A stretch of 64,000 nucleotides of DNA from an uncultured SAR86 cluster bacterium (GCA_902596665.1 CACJUN010000001.1:391935-455934); one strand, 5' to 3'; positions 29,109 through 39,529 are shown, counted from the stretch's first letter. The notes: generated by a model not told the origin, from the letters alone. Numbers and translations are program-made.

Positions 29109-29151
29109 AAAATACAGATAATTGGAGTAAATGGTTGAACCAAATACAGAT
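29109..29151. repeat. perfect 11-bp direct repeat in the intergenic region upstream of GPH paralog 1
   Basis: AAATACAGATA occurs at 29109..29119 and 29141..29151, 32 bp start to start, inside the 83-bp gap between the DUF3604 stop and the GPH start. Confidence 0.7.
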
Positions 29152-29164
29152 ATTGAGGAGCTTA

Positions 29165-31408
29165 TTAATCTAGCTTTGAAATAGCCAAATTAGGCTTTAT
29201 CAAAGGACTTAAATAAATTGGTGATGACCAAGCTCTTTCCTCTGACATCGAAATACAGTTATCTTCTATGTCTGTCTTATACCCACCATAACAAAAATTT
29301 GTTTCGATACAGTTACCTTGATCGTCATAAGTACATCTGAGATTTTTGCCATTTATTCGCTCAGTAGGTTCTTGTATGGCTCGAACATAAAAAGTTGCAT
29401 CTCGATTATCTGAAACAAAATCTTCATCTTGAAATCTAATTTTGCAAGAAGCTTTGTTTTCTTCACACTCAAATGTTTTCCAAGGATCCATAATTAGTTC
29501 TTCTGGATTTTCCGATGTGTTGATTTCAGGCAAAACCTTAATAATTTCTATTCTTGATATTGAGTATCTTTCTGAACTAGGATTGAAACATTCATTCATG
29601 CAAAGATTTTTAATATCCTCTGCTGATCTTTTGCCTAGACTGTAATCTGGACAGCCAGGTTTTTGTTTAAAGGAACCAACAGCTTTAACTTGAAAAGTTG
29701 GATTCTCATCTAAAGTAATTTCAGAGCCCATAGGAACTAATCCATTTTCTGTAATTAAATCAAACCAAAGCAAAATTCTTGGTCCGCTTGTCCCATAAGT
29801 TTCTCTTCTTTTAAATGCTTCCCAAACTCCTTCTCTACTTCTTGAATCGACATGAACTGCCGCCAAACCGCCTGTAGTAAAGAAGGTTTCTTGTCTTTCT
29901 GACTCCCAGTAAGCCAATGGGTTGGGTATGAACCTTTCTTCAATCTTAAATTCTACTGGAGCATCACTAATTTCATCTAATGGATAAGCAAGTCTTTCAA
30001 AAGCAGGATCTTTAATGCCATTTGATTCTGTAGTTAATAACCTATCAACAGCTTTGTACCCTGTTCCGGGACGAGCTCTGTGATTATCGCTTGATGCTAT
30101 GACACCAAAAATAAATTTCTCGTTATTTCTGCCTTTTTTGGTCAAAGCATACTGAAAAGAACCTTTGGGACGGTAATTAAAACTTGGGATAAAACAATCC
30201 TTGCACTGCCCCGAATCAAGCCATGATTCAGGCGTTGCCCCTGGAACCACAAAATGTCCTGACTGACCTGCCTGTAAATAGAAAATCTCAGCTTGAGAAG
30301 CATCTTTTCTGCATTCATTTTCTCTCTTACCATTTTCTATGCATCTTTCATAAATAATGTTTCCAGCTTGCTTGCAAGAAGGAAGATAATTATCTGATTC
30401 TTCAGGACAAATTAAACTATCTCCGTCGAAAATAACTTCAGTCCAACTTCTATATTCCTCTGAATTTCCATGACCGGACATGATTTCGAAAGAAATTTGT
30501 CTATCCGGATCGTGAACATCATCTAGTTTGTCGTCCCAGGAAGTTCCTAAAGGACTATAAAATCCCCATGTGTTGCCATGTGGGATTACTATCGAGTCGG
30601 TTTTTAAGGCATTTAATTTTGTGAAAAGTTCCTTGGGAGTATCAGCCGAGGCAAGACAATCCTTATTATCATCTGCACTACCGGTACAAACCGGAGAACT
30701 AGTAATATCTGTGTTGTATGCAATGAAATCATAATATCTTTGCCTATTTCCAAGATCGCTATACGCTTGAACCATCATATTTATCCTAGTTTCGTTAACC
30801 CTATTAGGATCTCTGAAATTATTAAGGCTATCGCCACCGGCAGCGATTGGTGATTGTGGCAAATATTCTGAGTCAATTTCTTTCAAAATAACGTTTTTAT
30901 GTCCATAGTGCTCTTCTCTGTTATCTCCAATTTGAGTCCATTCGAAACCTAAAAAGGTAATCATGTCCGGATTTTCTGGATCAGTACTTTTATTGCAGCT
31001 TTGGACTTGTTCGATTGTATTATTCCATTTGTGAGGAGTGCTGGCCTCAGCATGATCCGAAATAACCCAAAAATCTAACGCTGAACAAAATCTTGCATAA
31101 TCGCAAGCATCTGAAACTGGATGAGGACCTCTTCCGTTATACATCGGCAGACTCCATAAAAAAGCATCGCTAGAATATGTGGTGTGGACATGAGTGTCCC
31201 CAAAAAGAATCTGTTTTGATGAATTGGAGTGCCTCAGTTGGCTTCTGATTTTTGAATTTAAAACTTTTTTTGGTAACTCACTGTTAATTGACTTTCCGCC
31301 AGGCTCCAATGATCCAAAATAACCGTAAAAAGCAAATAAAGTGTATGTAAGAACAACAACTAAGATTAAAAAAAATAAATAGGAAAATAATTTAAAAAAT
31401 CTTCGCAT
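29165..31408 (-). CDS. DUF3604 domain protein, membrane-anchored or secreted, Cys-rich
   Basis: The N-terminal GDTHVHTTYSSDAF and SDHAE blocks (PHP-like metal site) are characteristic of DUF3604. It has a hydrophobic N-terminus and many paired Cys. Confidence 0.75.
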   Translation of the reverse strand: MRRFFKLFSYLFFLILVVVLTYTLFAFYGYFGSLEPGGKSINSELPKKVLNSKIRSQLRHSNSSKQILFGDTHVHTTYSSDAFLWSLPMYNGRGPHPVSDACDYARFCSALDFWVISDHAEASTPHKWNNTIEQVQSCNKSTDPENPDMITFLGFEWTQIGDNREEHYGHKNVILKEIDSEYLPQSPIAAGGDSLNNFRDPNRVNETRINMMVQAYSDLGNRQRYYDFIAYNTDITSSPVCTGSADDNKDCLASADTPKELFTKLNALKTDSIVIPHGNTWGFYSPLGTSWDDKLDDVHDPDRQISFEIMSGHGNSEEYRSWTEVIFDGDSLICPEESDNYLPSCKQAGNIIYERCIENGKRENECRKDASQAEIFYLQAGQSGHFVVPGATPESWLDSGQCKDCFIPSFNYRPKGSFQYALTKKGRNNEKFIFGVIASSDNHRARPGTGYKAVDRLLTTESNGIKDPAFERLAYPLDEISDAPVEFKIEERFIPNPLAYWESERQETFFTTGGLAAVHVDSRSREGVWEAFKRRETYGTSGPRILLWFDLITENGLVPMGSEITLDENPTFQVKAVGSFKQKPGCPDYSLGKRSAEDIKNLCMNECFNPSSERYSISRIEIIKVLPEINTSENPEELIMDPWKTFECEENKASCKIRFQDEDFVSDNRDATFYVRAIQEPTERINGKNLRCTYDDQGNCIETNFCYGGYKTDIEDNCISMSEERAWSSPIYLSPLIKPNLAISKLD

Positions 31409-31412
31409 CAGA

Positions 31413-32174
31413 CTACTTCCTATACTTATCTTCTGATTTATTTATGAAGTCTTTGAGAAAGTCTCTTGGGTTTTCATTTTGAAAATTCATGTTCGCGTTT
31501 TGCCATGGTTTTGTATGAGGAATATCAAATAATTTAACATCTTTCTTTTTAAAAAAAGGAACAAGTATCATCCCGGCAATAAACCCACCGATATGAGCTA
31601 AATAAGCAACTCCACCTTCATCTTGCAACGAGCTTGGAAGACTAAAAAACTGACCTAAAATCCAAAAACCTAATACAAGAAATGCAGGGATTCTTATGAC
31701 TTGTATAAAAATGATTAAAAAGACAAAACAGCTGACATTGGCTCTTGGATGCAGCATTAAATATGCACCAAGAACACCAGCAATTGCCCCGCTTGCCCCT
31801 ACCATTGGTATGTTTGAATCAGGATTAACTAAAGCTTGAGACAAAGCAGCAATAAGACCGCAAGTAATATAAAACAATACAAACCTTATCCTTCCCATGG
31901 ATTCTTCTACGTTGTCGCCAAAAATCCATAGGTAAACCATGTTACCTACGATATGGGCGATACCGCCATGGAGAAACATTGATGAGATAATTGTTAAATC
32001 AAAAAAAGAATTGGAAAAAAATCGATCCGGTATAAAACCAAAATCTAAGAATAATTGTCCAGGCATTCCAGCAAGAAATTGAAAAACAAAAACTATCGTG
32101 CAAGCAACAACAATAAATTGCGTTACGTAAGGCCTTATGGATGTTGGATTATCGTCGTATAAAGGAAAAAACAT
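31413..32174 (-). CDS. rhomboid family intramembrane serine protease
   Basis: GASGAIAGVLGAY (catalytic Ser) and AHIGGF (catalytic His). Confidence 0.85.
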   Translation of the reverse strand: MFFPLYDDNPTSIRPYVTQFIVVACTIVFVFQFLAGMPGQLFLDFGFIPDRFFSNSFFDLTIISSMFLHGGIAHIVGNMVYLWIFGDNVEESMGRIRFVLFYITCGLIAALSQALVNPDSNIPMVGASGAIAGVLGAYLMLHPRANVSCFVFLIIFIQVIRIPAFLVLGFWILGQFFSLPSSLQDEGGVAYLAHIGGFIAGMILVPFFKKKDVKLFDIPHTKPWQNANMNFQNENPRDFLKDFINKSEDKYRK

Positions 32175-33626
32175 TTATGTCTTATAGCCTAACTCATCAA
32201 CTGCGGAAGTATGTGAATCTCTGGTTATAGAATAAAAGTAAATGAATCCTAATCCAGCAAAATTTAGTATTGGCCCACTGATGCATACAAAAATGACTAA
32301 GTTATTGATAGGTTCTTGCATCTGCTCAACGTTAGATTGAGAGTTATCGAAACCTAGGAACTGCAATACAAAACCTATTATAAAAACACCAAGACCTGAA
32401 AATATTTTTTGAAATAATCCCGGACCAGACAAAAAGAGTCCTTCGTCTCTCCTTCCTGTTCTCATTTGGCTATCCTCAACAACATCAAACATCATTGAAA
32501 TCATAACTACCCAACCCATAACAGAGAAGATATCAGTTACACATAGATGCATTAACATCACCCACCAGAGAGCATCGGATCCGTTAACAGGGAAAGTCTG
32601 CACTTCAAAATAAGGATCAACTAGTCTTAGAATGAATGGAATATATGAAATTGTAATTGTTCCAGTAAAAGCTAAAAGTGCAATAATTCTTTTTTCTCTT
32701 CCTTTAGAAATTGCGACTGCGATAACTGCTCCAATAATTGCAGAGATTCCCCCTGCTAAGGGAAAGATGGATATATCTGAAGGAGTCCACTGCCAAAAAT
32801 AAACACTGATGTAATTAGCTATACCATTATTTAATCCCAAAAAAAGAGCATACAGACACCCAGCAAGAAAGATCATCAACCATGATCTATTAGAGAGCGC
32901 CTCTATGACTTCTGCTAAAACATTTTTTAATTTAATCGGTCCTGATGGTTCAACAACATGAAGGTCCTTAATATGTTTATGAGTACTGGATGCAGCTGTT
33001 ACTCCTAAAATTATCACGAGGAAAGCAGCAAAATAAGCAAGCTTTTCGTATCCTTCTGGGTTTAAGAAAGCTGTTGAGCCCTGAAATTGCTTTGTTTCAG
33101 GTAAAAAATATTCAAGCATCACGAACCCAATGACTATTGCTCCAACATATCCAAAGAAAATACCCATCCCATTAAGTAAATTTCTTCTATCGTAATCTTT
33201 GGTTAATTCTGGACCTAAAGCAGCCCTAGGAGTTTCGAAAAAGGTGATAGCTAACCTAATGAGTATTGTTAAAACGAGCAATTTTATAAACAAGTAACTC
33301 TGGTCATAAGAATTAGGCGGAGTGAATAATAACCAAACGCATATTGCTAAGGGAATGATACTGGCATAAATAAAAGGATGTCTCCTTCCTAGCCTTGATC
33401 TAATACGATCTGACCAAACTCCAACCAGAGGATCCGATATGGCATCGAAAAAAAGAGAAACACCAATAGCAATTGAAGCTAAATATGGCTGCAAACCTAA
33501 AACTTGGTTGTAATACAAAAGAACCCAAGCACCAAAAATTACATTTTTAATCCCTACAACGCCAGATCCTGCTGAATGTAGAAAAAGTGTAAGGTTTGAA
33601 ACTTTAAATTCTTTTACTTCTGACAT
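32175..33626 (-). CDS. GPH-family symporter, paralog 2
   Basis: DAISDPLVGVWSDRIRSRLGRRHPF, with the same architecture as 27639..29081. Confidence 0.8.
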   Translation of the reverse strand: MSEVKEFKVSNLTLFLHSAGSGVVGIKNVIFGAWVLLYYNQVLGLQPYLASIAIGVSLFFDAISDPLVGVWSDRIRSRLGRRHPFIYASIIPLAICVWLLFTPPNSYDQSYLFIKLLVLTILIRLAITFFETPRAALGPELTKDYDRRNLLNGMGIFFGYVGAIVIGFVMLEYFLPETKQFQGSTAFLNPEGYEKLAYFAAFLVIILGVTAASSTHKHIKDLHVVEPSGPIKLKNVLAEVIEALSNRSWLMIFLAGCLYALFLGLNNGIANYISVYFWQWTPSDISIFPLAGGISAIIGAVIAVAISKGREKRIIALLAFTGTITISYIPFILRLVDPYFEVQTFPVNGSDALWWVMLMHLCVTDIFSVMGWVVMISMMFDVVEDSQMRTGRRDEGLFLSGPGLFQKIFSGLGVFIIGFVLQFLGFDNSQSNVEQMQEPINNLVIFVCISGPILNFAGLGFIYFYSITRDSHTSAVDELGYKT

Positions 33627-33694
33627 TTATTTGACTAAAAAAAATAATATACTTTAGTGATAAACATAATGCATTAAATTAATAGGGAGAAATC

Positions 33695-34603
33695 ATGGGA
33701 AGATTAAATGGCAAGATTGCTGTAGTAACTGGAGCTGGCCGCGGTATCGGTAAAGAAACTGCACTTTTTTTAGCTGGTGAGGGCGCCAAGGTCGTTGTTA
33801 ATGATTTGGGCGGTAATACAGATGGTACAGGCGGCACTCAGATAGCAGATGAAGTAGTAGAAGAAATTAAATCTGCTGGCGGAGATGCAGTAGCAAATTA
33901 CGATAGCGTTTCCGAATTTGATGGAGGACAAAATATTTTTCAAACAGCCATAGATGCATTTGGTGGAATGGATATCCTGATCAATAATGCAGGGATCTTA
34001 AGAGACAAAACTCTTTTTAATATGGAAGAAAATGATTGGGATCAAGTTATAGCCGTTCATCTCAAGGGTCATTTTAATTGCACCAAGCCTTTTGTCTCTT
34101 ATATAAGAGAAACTAATAGGATGAACTGCAGAATAATCAACATGTCGTCGGTTTCTGGATTGTATGGAAATTTTGGACAAACCAATTATGGTGCTGCTAA
34201 GGCTGGTATTGCAGGGTTTACAAGAAGCCTATCTTTTGAAATGGCAAAATATAAGTGTACTGTAAATACAATCTCGCCTGGAGCAGCTACTAGAATGACC
34301 ATTGACTTGATTAAAGCTGCAGGTAGGGATGTTGATGTGAATGATTGGAAACAAGGCCCACAACAACTTGCTCCTGTTATTACTTGGTTATGCTGTGATG
34401 AAGCATCTGATGTAACCAACCAAATCATTCATGTTCAAAACGGAACGGTAGGAATTATGCAGCAGCCTGCGGTAATTGAGTCTTTCTTATCAGAAGATTT
34501 ATGGTCTCTAGATCAATTAGACAGAGTTATTGGAAACCTTGTTGAAACTAAAAAGAACCATGATTCTGAGGTTCAAAAAAAGGCAGAACCAAAAAAATCT
34601 TAA
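33695..34603 (+). CDS. SDR oxidoreductase (MFE-2 / 3-hydroxyacyl-CoA dehydrogenase-like)
   Basis: TGAGRGIG cofactor motif, NNAG, YGAAK catalytic motif; AGGGAG SD. Confidence 0.8.
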   Translation: MGRLNGKIAVVTGAGRGIGKETALFLAGEGAKVVVNDLGGNTDGTGGTQIADEVVEEIKSAGGDAVANYDSVSEFDGGQNIFQTAIDAFGGMDILINNAGILRDKTLFNMEENDWDQVIAVHLKGHFNCTKPFVSYIRETNRMNCRIINMSSVSGLYGNFGQTNYGAAKAGIAGFTRSLSFEMAKYKCTVNTISPGAATRMTIDLIKAAGRDVDVNDWKQGPQQLAPVITWLCCDEASDVTNQIIHVQNGTVGIMQQPAVIESFLSEDLWSLDQLDRVIGNLVETKKNHDSEVQKKAEPKKS

Positions 34604-35172
34604 CTAGCTTTGTAAATAGATTTTTTAGTTTGAGAGAGTACATTCCTTAACATAGGAATAAATGTCTCAATAGGCTCTGTATCGTATTCTGGATCAAAAG
34701 AATTTTGATCGTATTTTGCACAAAATTCTGCACAATCTTTCCAATGCGGATTACCTTTGAATTTATCTCTCATGTTTTTATCCAATCCTAGGAAATCAAA
34801 AAAGTAATAGCCTTGAAAAATTCCGTGATGTTTAAGAATCCAATAGTTTTTTTCGGAAATAAATGGTTCAAGCATGGTAGCTGCAAAATCTGCATGATTC
34901 GCTGGCGCTAAAGTATCTCCAATATCGTGAAGGAGCGCGCAAACAATATATTCTTCATCTCTACCATCGCGCATTGCCCTAGTTGCAGTTTGCAAACAGT
35001 GAGTGTATCTATCTACTGCAAAACCACCGTGATCGCCTTTCAATAACTCTAGGTGTTCAATCATTCGATCTGGAAGATTGACACTGTGCTGCATACTGGC
35101 TTCTGCGATTATTTGATAATCCTCAGCTGTACCTTTGGTCATCGTTGTGAATTTTGCTAATTTTTCAGCCAT
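34600..35172 (-). CDS. HD-domain protein (possible diiron oxygenase/phosphohydrolase)
   Basis: HCLQTA...ALLHDIGD HD motif and later H-rich blocks; 190 aa. Confidence 0.6.
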   Translation of the reverse strand: MAEKLAKFTTMTKGTAEDYQIIAEASMQHSVNLPDRMIEHLELLKGDHGGFAVDRYTHCLQTATRAMRDGRDEEYIVCALLHDIGDTLAPANHADFAATMLEPFISEKNYWILKHHGIFQGYYFFDFLGLDKNMRDKFKGNPHWKDCAEFCAKYDQNSFDPEYDTEPIETFIPMLRNVLSQTKKSIYKAS

Positions 35173-35204
35173 ATTAGTACCTCTCGATATTATTTTACTA
35201 ATTT

Positions 35205-35402
35205 TTAGCGATTTTTCATATCTTCTAACGCATCTTTATCTTTTCTAAAATGCAGATAATAGATTTCCGGTAATCCCAGAAGATTAAACACCAACATAAA
35301 AATAAACCAATAACCCTCTTTTGCTTGAGCAGCTTTCCAGCATGCTTTTGCTGTCCAATATATCTCCCATATGGATAAAAGTATCACCGATGCAATAAAC
35401 AT
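35205..35402 (-). CDS. small two-TM membrane protein (PLD N-terminal-like)
   Basis: 65 aa with two hydrophobic helices and Trp-rich flanks. Confidence 0.4.
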   Translation of the reverse strand: MFIASVILLSIWEIYWTAKACWKAAQAKEGYWFIFMLVFNLLGLPEIYYLHFRKDKDALEDMKNR

Positions 35403-35440
35403 AATTGTTTCATTTTAATCTATAAATAATCTGAATGTGA

Positions 35441-36175
35441 TTAGGAAATCAGTATCCAAGTAGCATTTCCGTTTGCAAGTAATTCTTGTTCAGCGCTGTA
35501 CATAGATATATTGGTAAGTATTTTTCTTCCGCTTTTATCAGAATACTTTGCTGTGATGATGCATTTTTCTTCTACTCTTGGAACTCTTATGATCTCTACT
35601 GCTAATTTTCCTAAAACAACTAATTGCCCTTCCAATTCATTTCTATGTCTTCCAAAGTGGGCAGACCATCCGCTTGGACAATCCATGGCACTCCAGAGGT
35701 ACTCGCTGTTAATATGTTTTCCATCAGAGCTGAGGCCTTTATCAGGAACCCAAGTTGTTGAAACTAAATCATCCTCAGAAGGATTGGAATCTAAATCTTG
35801 AGGACCTGTGAATAGTCTCAATCCATCACCTTCCTTTCTATTTGGGCCGCATACAAAACAGTCTGGCAATGCATGAATGGGTTCAAATTTACTTAATCCA
35901 TTTTTAGAACCAAGAAGAGCATCTGAAAAGCTGACAAATTCACACGGATCATTATCGACGGTAGTTGTGTTCGCAATACACACTAAAGTTTCGTCATCAT
36001 ACAATTCATAATTTTCATTACTTTTTTTTAGTAATAACTTTTTCTCAAGCGGTGGTGGCGCAACTAATTTAACTTCACAGCATTTTCCTATTTCTTTTGC
36101 AATCAACCCTGCAACGTACCCTCCATTTCCTGAATTAGGCGGACCATTGAATCTTTTATTAATAAATATCTCCAT
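35441..36175 (-). CDS. hotdog-fold thioesterase-like protein
   Basis: FNGPPNSGNGGYVAG N-terminus and a CFVCGPNRKEGDGLRL block typical of PaaI-like hotdog proteins. Confidence 0.5.
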   Translation of the reverse strand: MEIFINKRFNGPPNSGNGGYVAGLIAKEIGKCCEVKLVAPPPLEKKLLLKKSNENYELYDDETLVCIANTTTVDNDPCEFVSFSDALLGSKNGLSKFEPIHALPDCFVCGPNRKEGDGLRLFTGPQDLDSNPSEDDLVSTTWVPDKGLSSDGKHINSEYLWSAMDCPSGWSAHFGRHRNELEGQLVVLGKLAVEIIRVPRVEEKCIITAKYSDKSGRKILTNISMYSAEQELLANGNATWILIS

Positions 36176-36573
36176 CAGTCATTCCTCATTTCTTTCCAAA
36201 GGTAACGCAATCCATAAAAGGCTGGTAGATAACACAGCAAGGTAAAAATTATCATTTGAGCTACCAAAGGAGGTTCTCGGAAAATTTGAAATGCTGGCGC
36301 ATCGATTATATCTGTAATTAATCTAACTAAAATTAGTATAAAGAGCATAGGTCCATTCTTAATGTAGATAGCAAATACAAAGGCTAATCCGATTGCAAGA
36401 TTTCTTGCAATAAATAGCGTAGTACCAAGATTAAGTTCAGTTACGCCGATCCCAACAAAAAATGAAGGATTTACGAATGCGATGAGCGGACCATAAAACA
36501 TAGGTGAAACTAATAAAAATAAAATTAAAGAAAACCACCAAGGAAAAGAAATTTTTTTATTTGATAATTCCAT
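36175..36573 (-). CDS. small integral membrane protein, unknown function
   Basis: The start was moved to the ATG at 36573 (MELSNKK...); the track's extension to 36630 reads through tRNA-Ala. Confidence 0.5.
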   Translation of the reverse strand: MELSNKKISFPWWFSLILFLLVSPMFYGPLIAFVNPSFFVGIGVTELNLGTTLFIARNLAIGLAFVFAIYIKNGPMLFILILVRLITDIIDAPAFQIFREPPLVAQMIIFTLLCYLPAFYGLRYLWKEMRND

Positions 36574-36585
36574 GATTAGATTATT

Positions 36586-36661
<76 letters not shown>

Positions 36662-36753
36662 GTTTATATAATTTATTTAGCTACTTTACTATTTTTGAAT
36701 ATTTTTTGCTTGCGCGTGAATATGATAAATTATCTCTGCGAGAGGAAATAAAA

Positions 36754-38640
36754 ATGCAAAATTATTCTTTTGATCCTGATTATCTCAGAGATAAATACAG
36801 ACAAGAGAGAGATAAACGTCTTCGTGAAGATGGGAACGATCAATATCAAGAAGTAAGCGGAGATTTTTCTTATTTTGTTGATGATCCTTATATTGATGAA
36901 GCAATTGAAAGGCAAGCTTTAACTAACTCTTATGAAATAGTGATCATTGGAGGCGGTTTTGGTGGTGTTCTAGCTGCATCAAGACTCAAAGAAGCTGGGT
37001 TTTCTGATTTTAAAATCATTGAAAAAGGCGGTAACTTTGGAGGTACTTGGTATTGGAACAGATATCCAGGAGCATCGTGCGATATAGAATCCTATATCTA
37101 TTTTCCTTTGCTTGAAGAAACTAAATTTATTCCTGGTAAGAAATATACCAATGCACCCGAAACTTTAGAATATTTTGACGTCATCTCAGAGAAATTTGGG
37201 TTGAATGAGCATGCTATTTTTCAAACTGAAGTGAACGATGTTAGATGGAAAGATGACGAAAGACTTTGGGAAATAAATACTAATAAGGGAGATAAGATTA
37301 AATGTAACTATGTTGTTCATGCCAATGGACCTCTTAATCGTCCTAAATTGCCTGCAATTAATGGAATTAATGATTACAAGGGACATACTTTCCACACAAG
37401 CAGATGGGATTATCAATACACAGGAGGATCTTCAAAAGGAAATCTATCTAACCTTAAAGATAAAAGAGTAGCTGTTATCGGCACAGGCGCCACTGCAGTC
37501 CAATGCATACCTCACCTAGCAGAGTCTGCAAAGCAATTGTATGTGTTTCAAAGGACACCCTCTTCTATCGATGAAAGAAATAACACAGAAACGAACGAAG
37601 ATTGGTTCCTAAATCAATCACCCGGTTGGCAAGCTAAAAGAAGAGAAAATTTTGAAGGTTTTTTAACAGGAAATGTTAATGGCAAAGATTTAGTCAACGA
37701 TGGATGGACGGAAGTTTTTAGGAGAATATTGGGTGCCATGTTAAATAACGGTCCTTCCAGATTTAGAATTTTTCTTTGGACTTTGGGTTCTGTATTTTCA
37801 AGAAAACTCTATACCGAGGGATTAAGATCTTATCTTCAAGGTAAATTCATGTCCCATGTTGGAGTTAAAAATTTAGCCAAACAAGTTGAAATGGCTGACT
37901 TTGAAAAAATGGAACAAATAAGAGCCAGGGCTGATTCTGTTGTCAACGATCCAGATACTGCGGAATCACTCAAACCCTACTATCGACAATTTTGTAAACG
38001 TCCTTGTTTTCATGATGAATATTTATCTGCTTTTAATAACGATAACGTTGAATTAGTTGATACAGACGGCAAAGGCGTGGATACGATCACTGAAAAAGGA
38101 ATCATTTTCAATGGCAAGGAGTATGAAGTTGACTGCATTATATTTGCTACCGGATTTGAGGTTGGCACTGAGTACACCAGAAGATGCGGTTATGAAATTT
38201 ACGGCAAGAATGGTTTAAGAGTTACCGAAAAATGGCAAGATGGTTTGTCTACCCTTCACGGAATGCACGCAAATGGTTTTCCAAATTGTTTTTTCTTTGG
38301 TCCTCAACAAGGAGCATTCACTGCGAACTACACTCACTCTCTTGATGAGCAAAGCATTCATCTGTCTTACATATTGAAGAAAATGAAAGAAGATAAACTA
38401 ACTTACGTAGAAGCTTCCAAACAAGCCGAAGATAATTGGGTAGATACAATAATAGCTAAGTCTCGTGACATGCGAGATTTTAGAGAGAGTTGCACTCCTG
38501 GTTATTACAACAACGAAGGTAAACCCGATTTAGAACCACAAAATAATCCTTACGGCGGCGGACCATTGGAGTTCTTTTCTATGATGAATAAATGGCGTAA
38601 AGAAGGAAAATTAGAAGGTTTAGAACTTTCTGGTAACTAA
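36754..38640 (+). CDS. Baeyer-Villiger (type I flavin) monooxygenase
   Basis: GGGFGG FAD motif, BVMO fingerprint YKGHTFHTSRWD (FxGxxxHxxxW[P/D]) and a second GTGATA Rossmann motif. The start was set at the ATG at 36754, preceded by GAGGAA. Confidence 0.85.
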   Translation: MQNYSFDPDYLRDKYRQERDKRLREDGNDQYQEVSGDFSYFVDDPYIDEAIERQALTNSYEIVIIGGGFGGVLAASRLKEAGFSDFKIIEKGGNFGGTWYWNRYPGASCDIESYIYFPLLEETKFIPGKKYTNAPETLEYFDVISEKFGLNEHAIFQTEVNDVRWKDDERLWEINTNKGDKIKCNYVVHANGPLNRPKLPAINGINDYKGHTFHTSRWDYQYTGGSSKGNLSNLKDKRVAVIGTGATAVQCIPHLAESAKQLYVFQRTPSSIDERNNTETNEDWFLNQSPGWQAKRRENFEGFLTGNVNGKDLVNDGWTEVFRRILGAMLNNGPSRFRIFLWTLGSVFSRKLYTEGLRSYLQGKFMSHVGVKNLAKQVEMADFEKMEQIRARADSVVNDPDTAESLKPYYRQFCKRPCFHDEYLSAFNNDNVELVDTDGKGVDTITEKGIIFNGKEYEVDCIIFATGFEVGTEYTRRCGYEIYGKNGLRVTEKWQDGLSTLHGMHANGFPNCFFFGPQQGAFTANYTHSLDEQSIHLSYILKKMKEDKLTYVEASKQAEDNWVDTIIAKSRDMRDFRESCTPGYYNNEGKPDLEPQNNPYGGGPLEFFSMMNKWRKEGKLEGLELSGN

Positions 38641-39470
38641 CCCGCTATTGTAATTCTGTGTAAAAGCCTGTCATGGCCATCGTAACCCCCTTCAGCCATG
38701 TGCATTACTGAGCGGTTATCCCACATCAATAAAGTATCTTCAGTCCATTTGTGGCGATAAATATATTTATCTTGAAGAATATGCTCGTAAAGAGTTGCAA
38801 GCAAATTTGAAGCTTCATCATCGTTCTTAGAATCTATCCCGACTGTATAGACAGGATTAACGAAAAGAGTATCTAGTTTAGATTCATTATGCTTTTTAAT
38901 GATCGGATGATTTTGCATGGCTTTGGCTTTTTTGCTCGTAACTATGTTCATGGATCTATCCTCTAATTCTGTAGCATAAAATCCATCATCAGCGTATGGC
39001 AACATTGCGCTATGCACACCAGATAAATCTTTAATACTATCTCTGAAGCTAGGCTCTAAATCGATACAAGCATCTTTCGTGGATGCAAAAAGTGTGTCAC
39101 CTCCTATAGGCGGTATGATTTTTGAATAAAGTAGAGTCATGGCAGGAGGATTTTCCAAAAAAGACCAATCAGAATGCCAAGTTCCACCAAAAGGTGACGT
39201 TTTTTCTTTGGCAGATCGTTTAACCTCAACAATATGATTATGCTCAGGCATCGCTTTTAGATAGGGATCTTCACCGTAATCTCCAAAATACCTAGCAAAT
39301 CTAGCAAAGTCTTCATTCGTAATTTTTTGGTTTGGAAAAAAGACAACCTGATTATCAATCCATGTTTGTCTAATCTCGTTTATTTGTTCTTCTGATAATT
39401 CCTGGGATAGGTCCAAACCTTCAATTTTTGCGCCAAAATTATAGGAATCTATGTTTTTAGTGACTTTCAT
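38637..39470 (-). CDS. TauD/TfdA family Fe(II)/2-oxoglutarate dioxygenase
   Basis: WHSDWSF (HxD facial triad) and a C-terminal HRITI-type end. The start was moved to MKVTKNID... at 39470, which removes the overlap with the divergent gene. Confidence 0.75.
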   Translation of the reverse strand: MKVTKNIDSYNFGAKIEGLDLSQELSEEQINEIRQTWIDNQVVFFPNQKITNEDFARFARYFGDYGEDPYLKAMPEHNHIVEVKRSAKEKTSPFGGTWHSDWSFLENPPAMTLLYSKIIPPIGGDTLFASTKDACIDLEPSFRDSIKDLSGVHSAMLPYADDGFYATELEDRSMNIVTSKKAKAMQNHPIIKKHNESKLDTLFVNPVYTVGIDSKNDDEASNLLATLYEHILQDKYIYRHKWTEDTLLMWDNRSVMHMAEGGYDGHDRLLHRITIAG

Positions 39471-39529
39471 AAAGCTAAATAGTAACGTTAAAGACGATAT
39501 AAATAAAATTAAAAAGCATTGGGAGAGAT

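Noticed and set aside
27639-33626. The two GPH symporters, and the two TonB receptors at 54665..60746, as recent tandem duplications or signs of a mobile island.
   Set aside because: The paralogs are strongly diverged outside family motifs. No repeats, integrase, transposase or tRNA-adjacent att-like duplication flank them. Composition looks the same as the surrounding core genes.
36706-36753. TTG-initiated 16-aa extension (MLAREYDKLSLREEIK) of the Baeyer-Villiger monooxygenase.
   Set aside because: The ATG at 36754 is preceded by GAGGAA at proper spacing, and BVMOs of this type begin near the ...YR.ERDKR block. The extension would also intrude into the tRNA-Ala promoter region.
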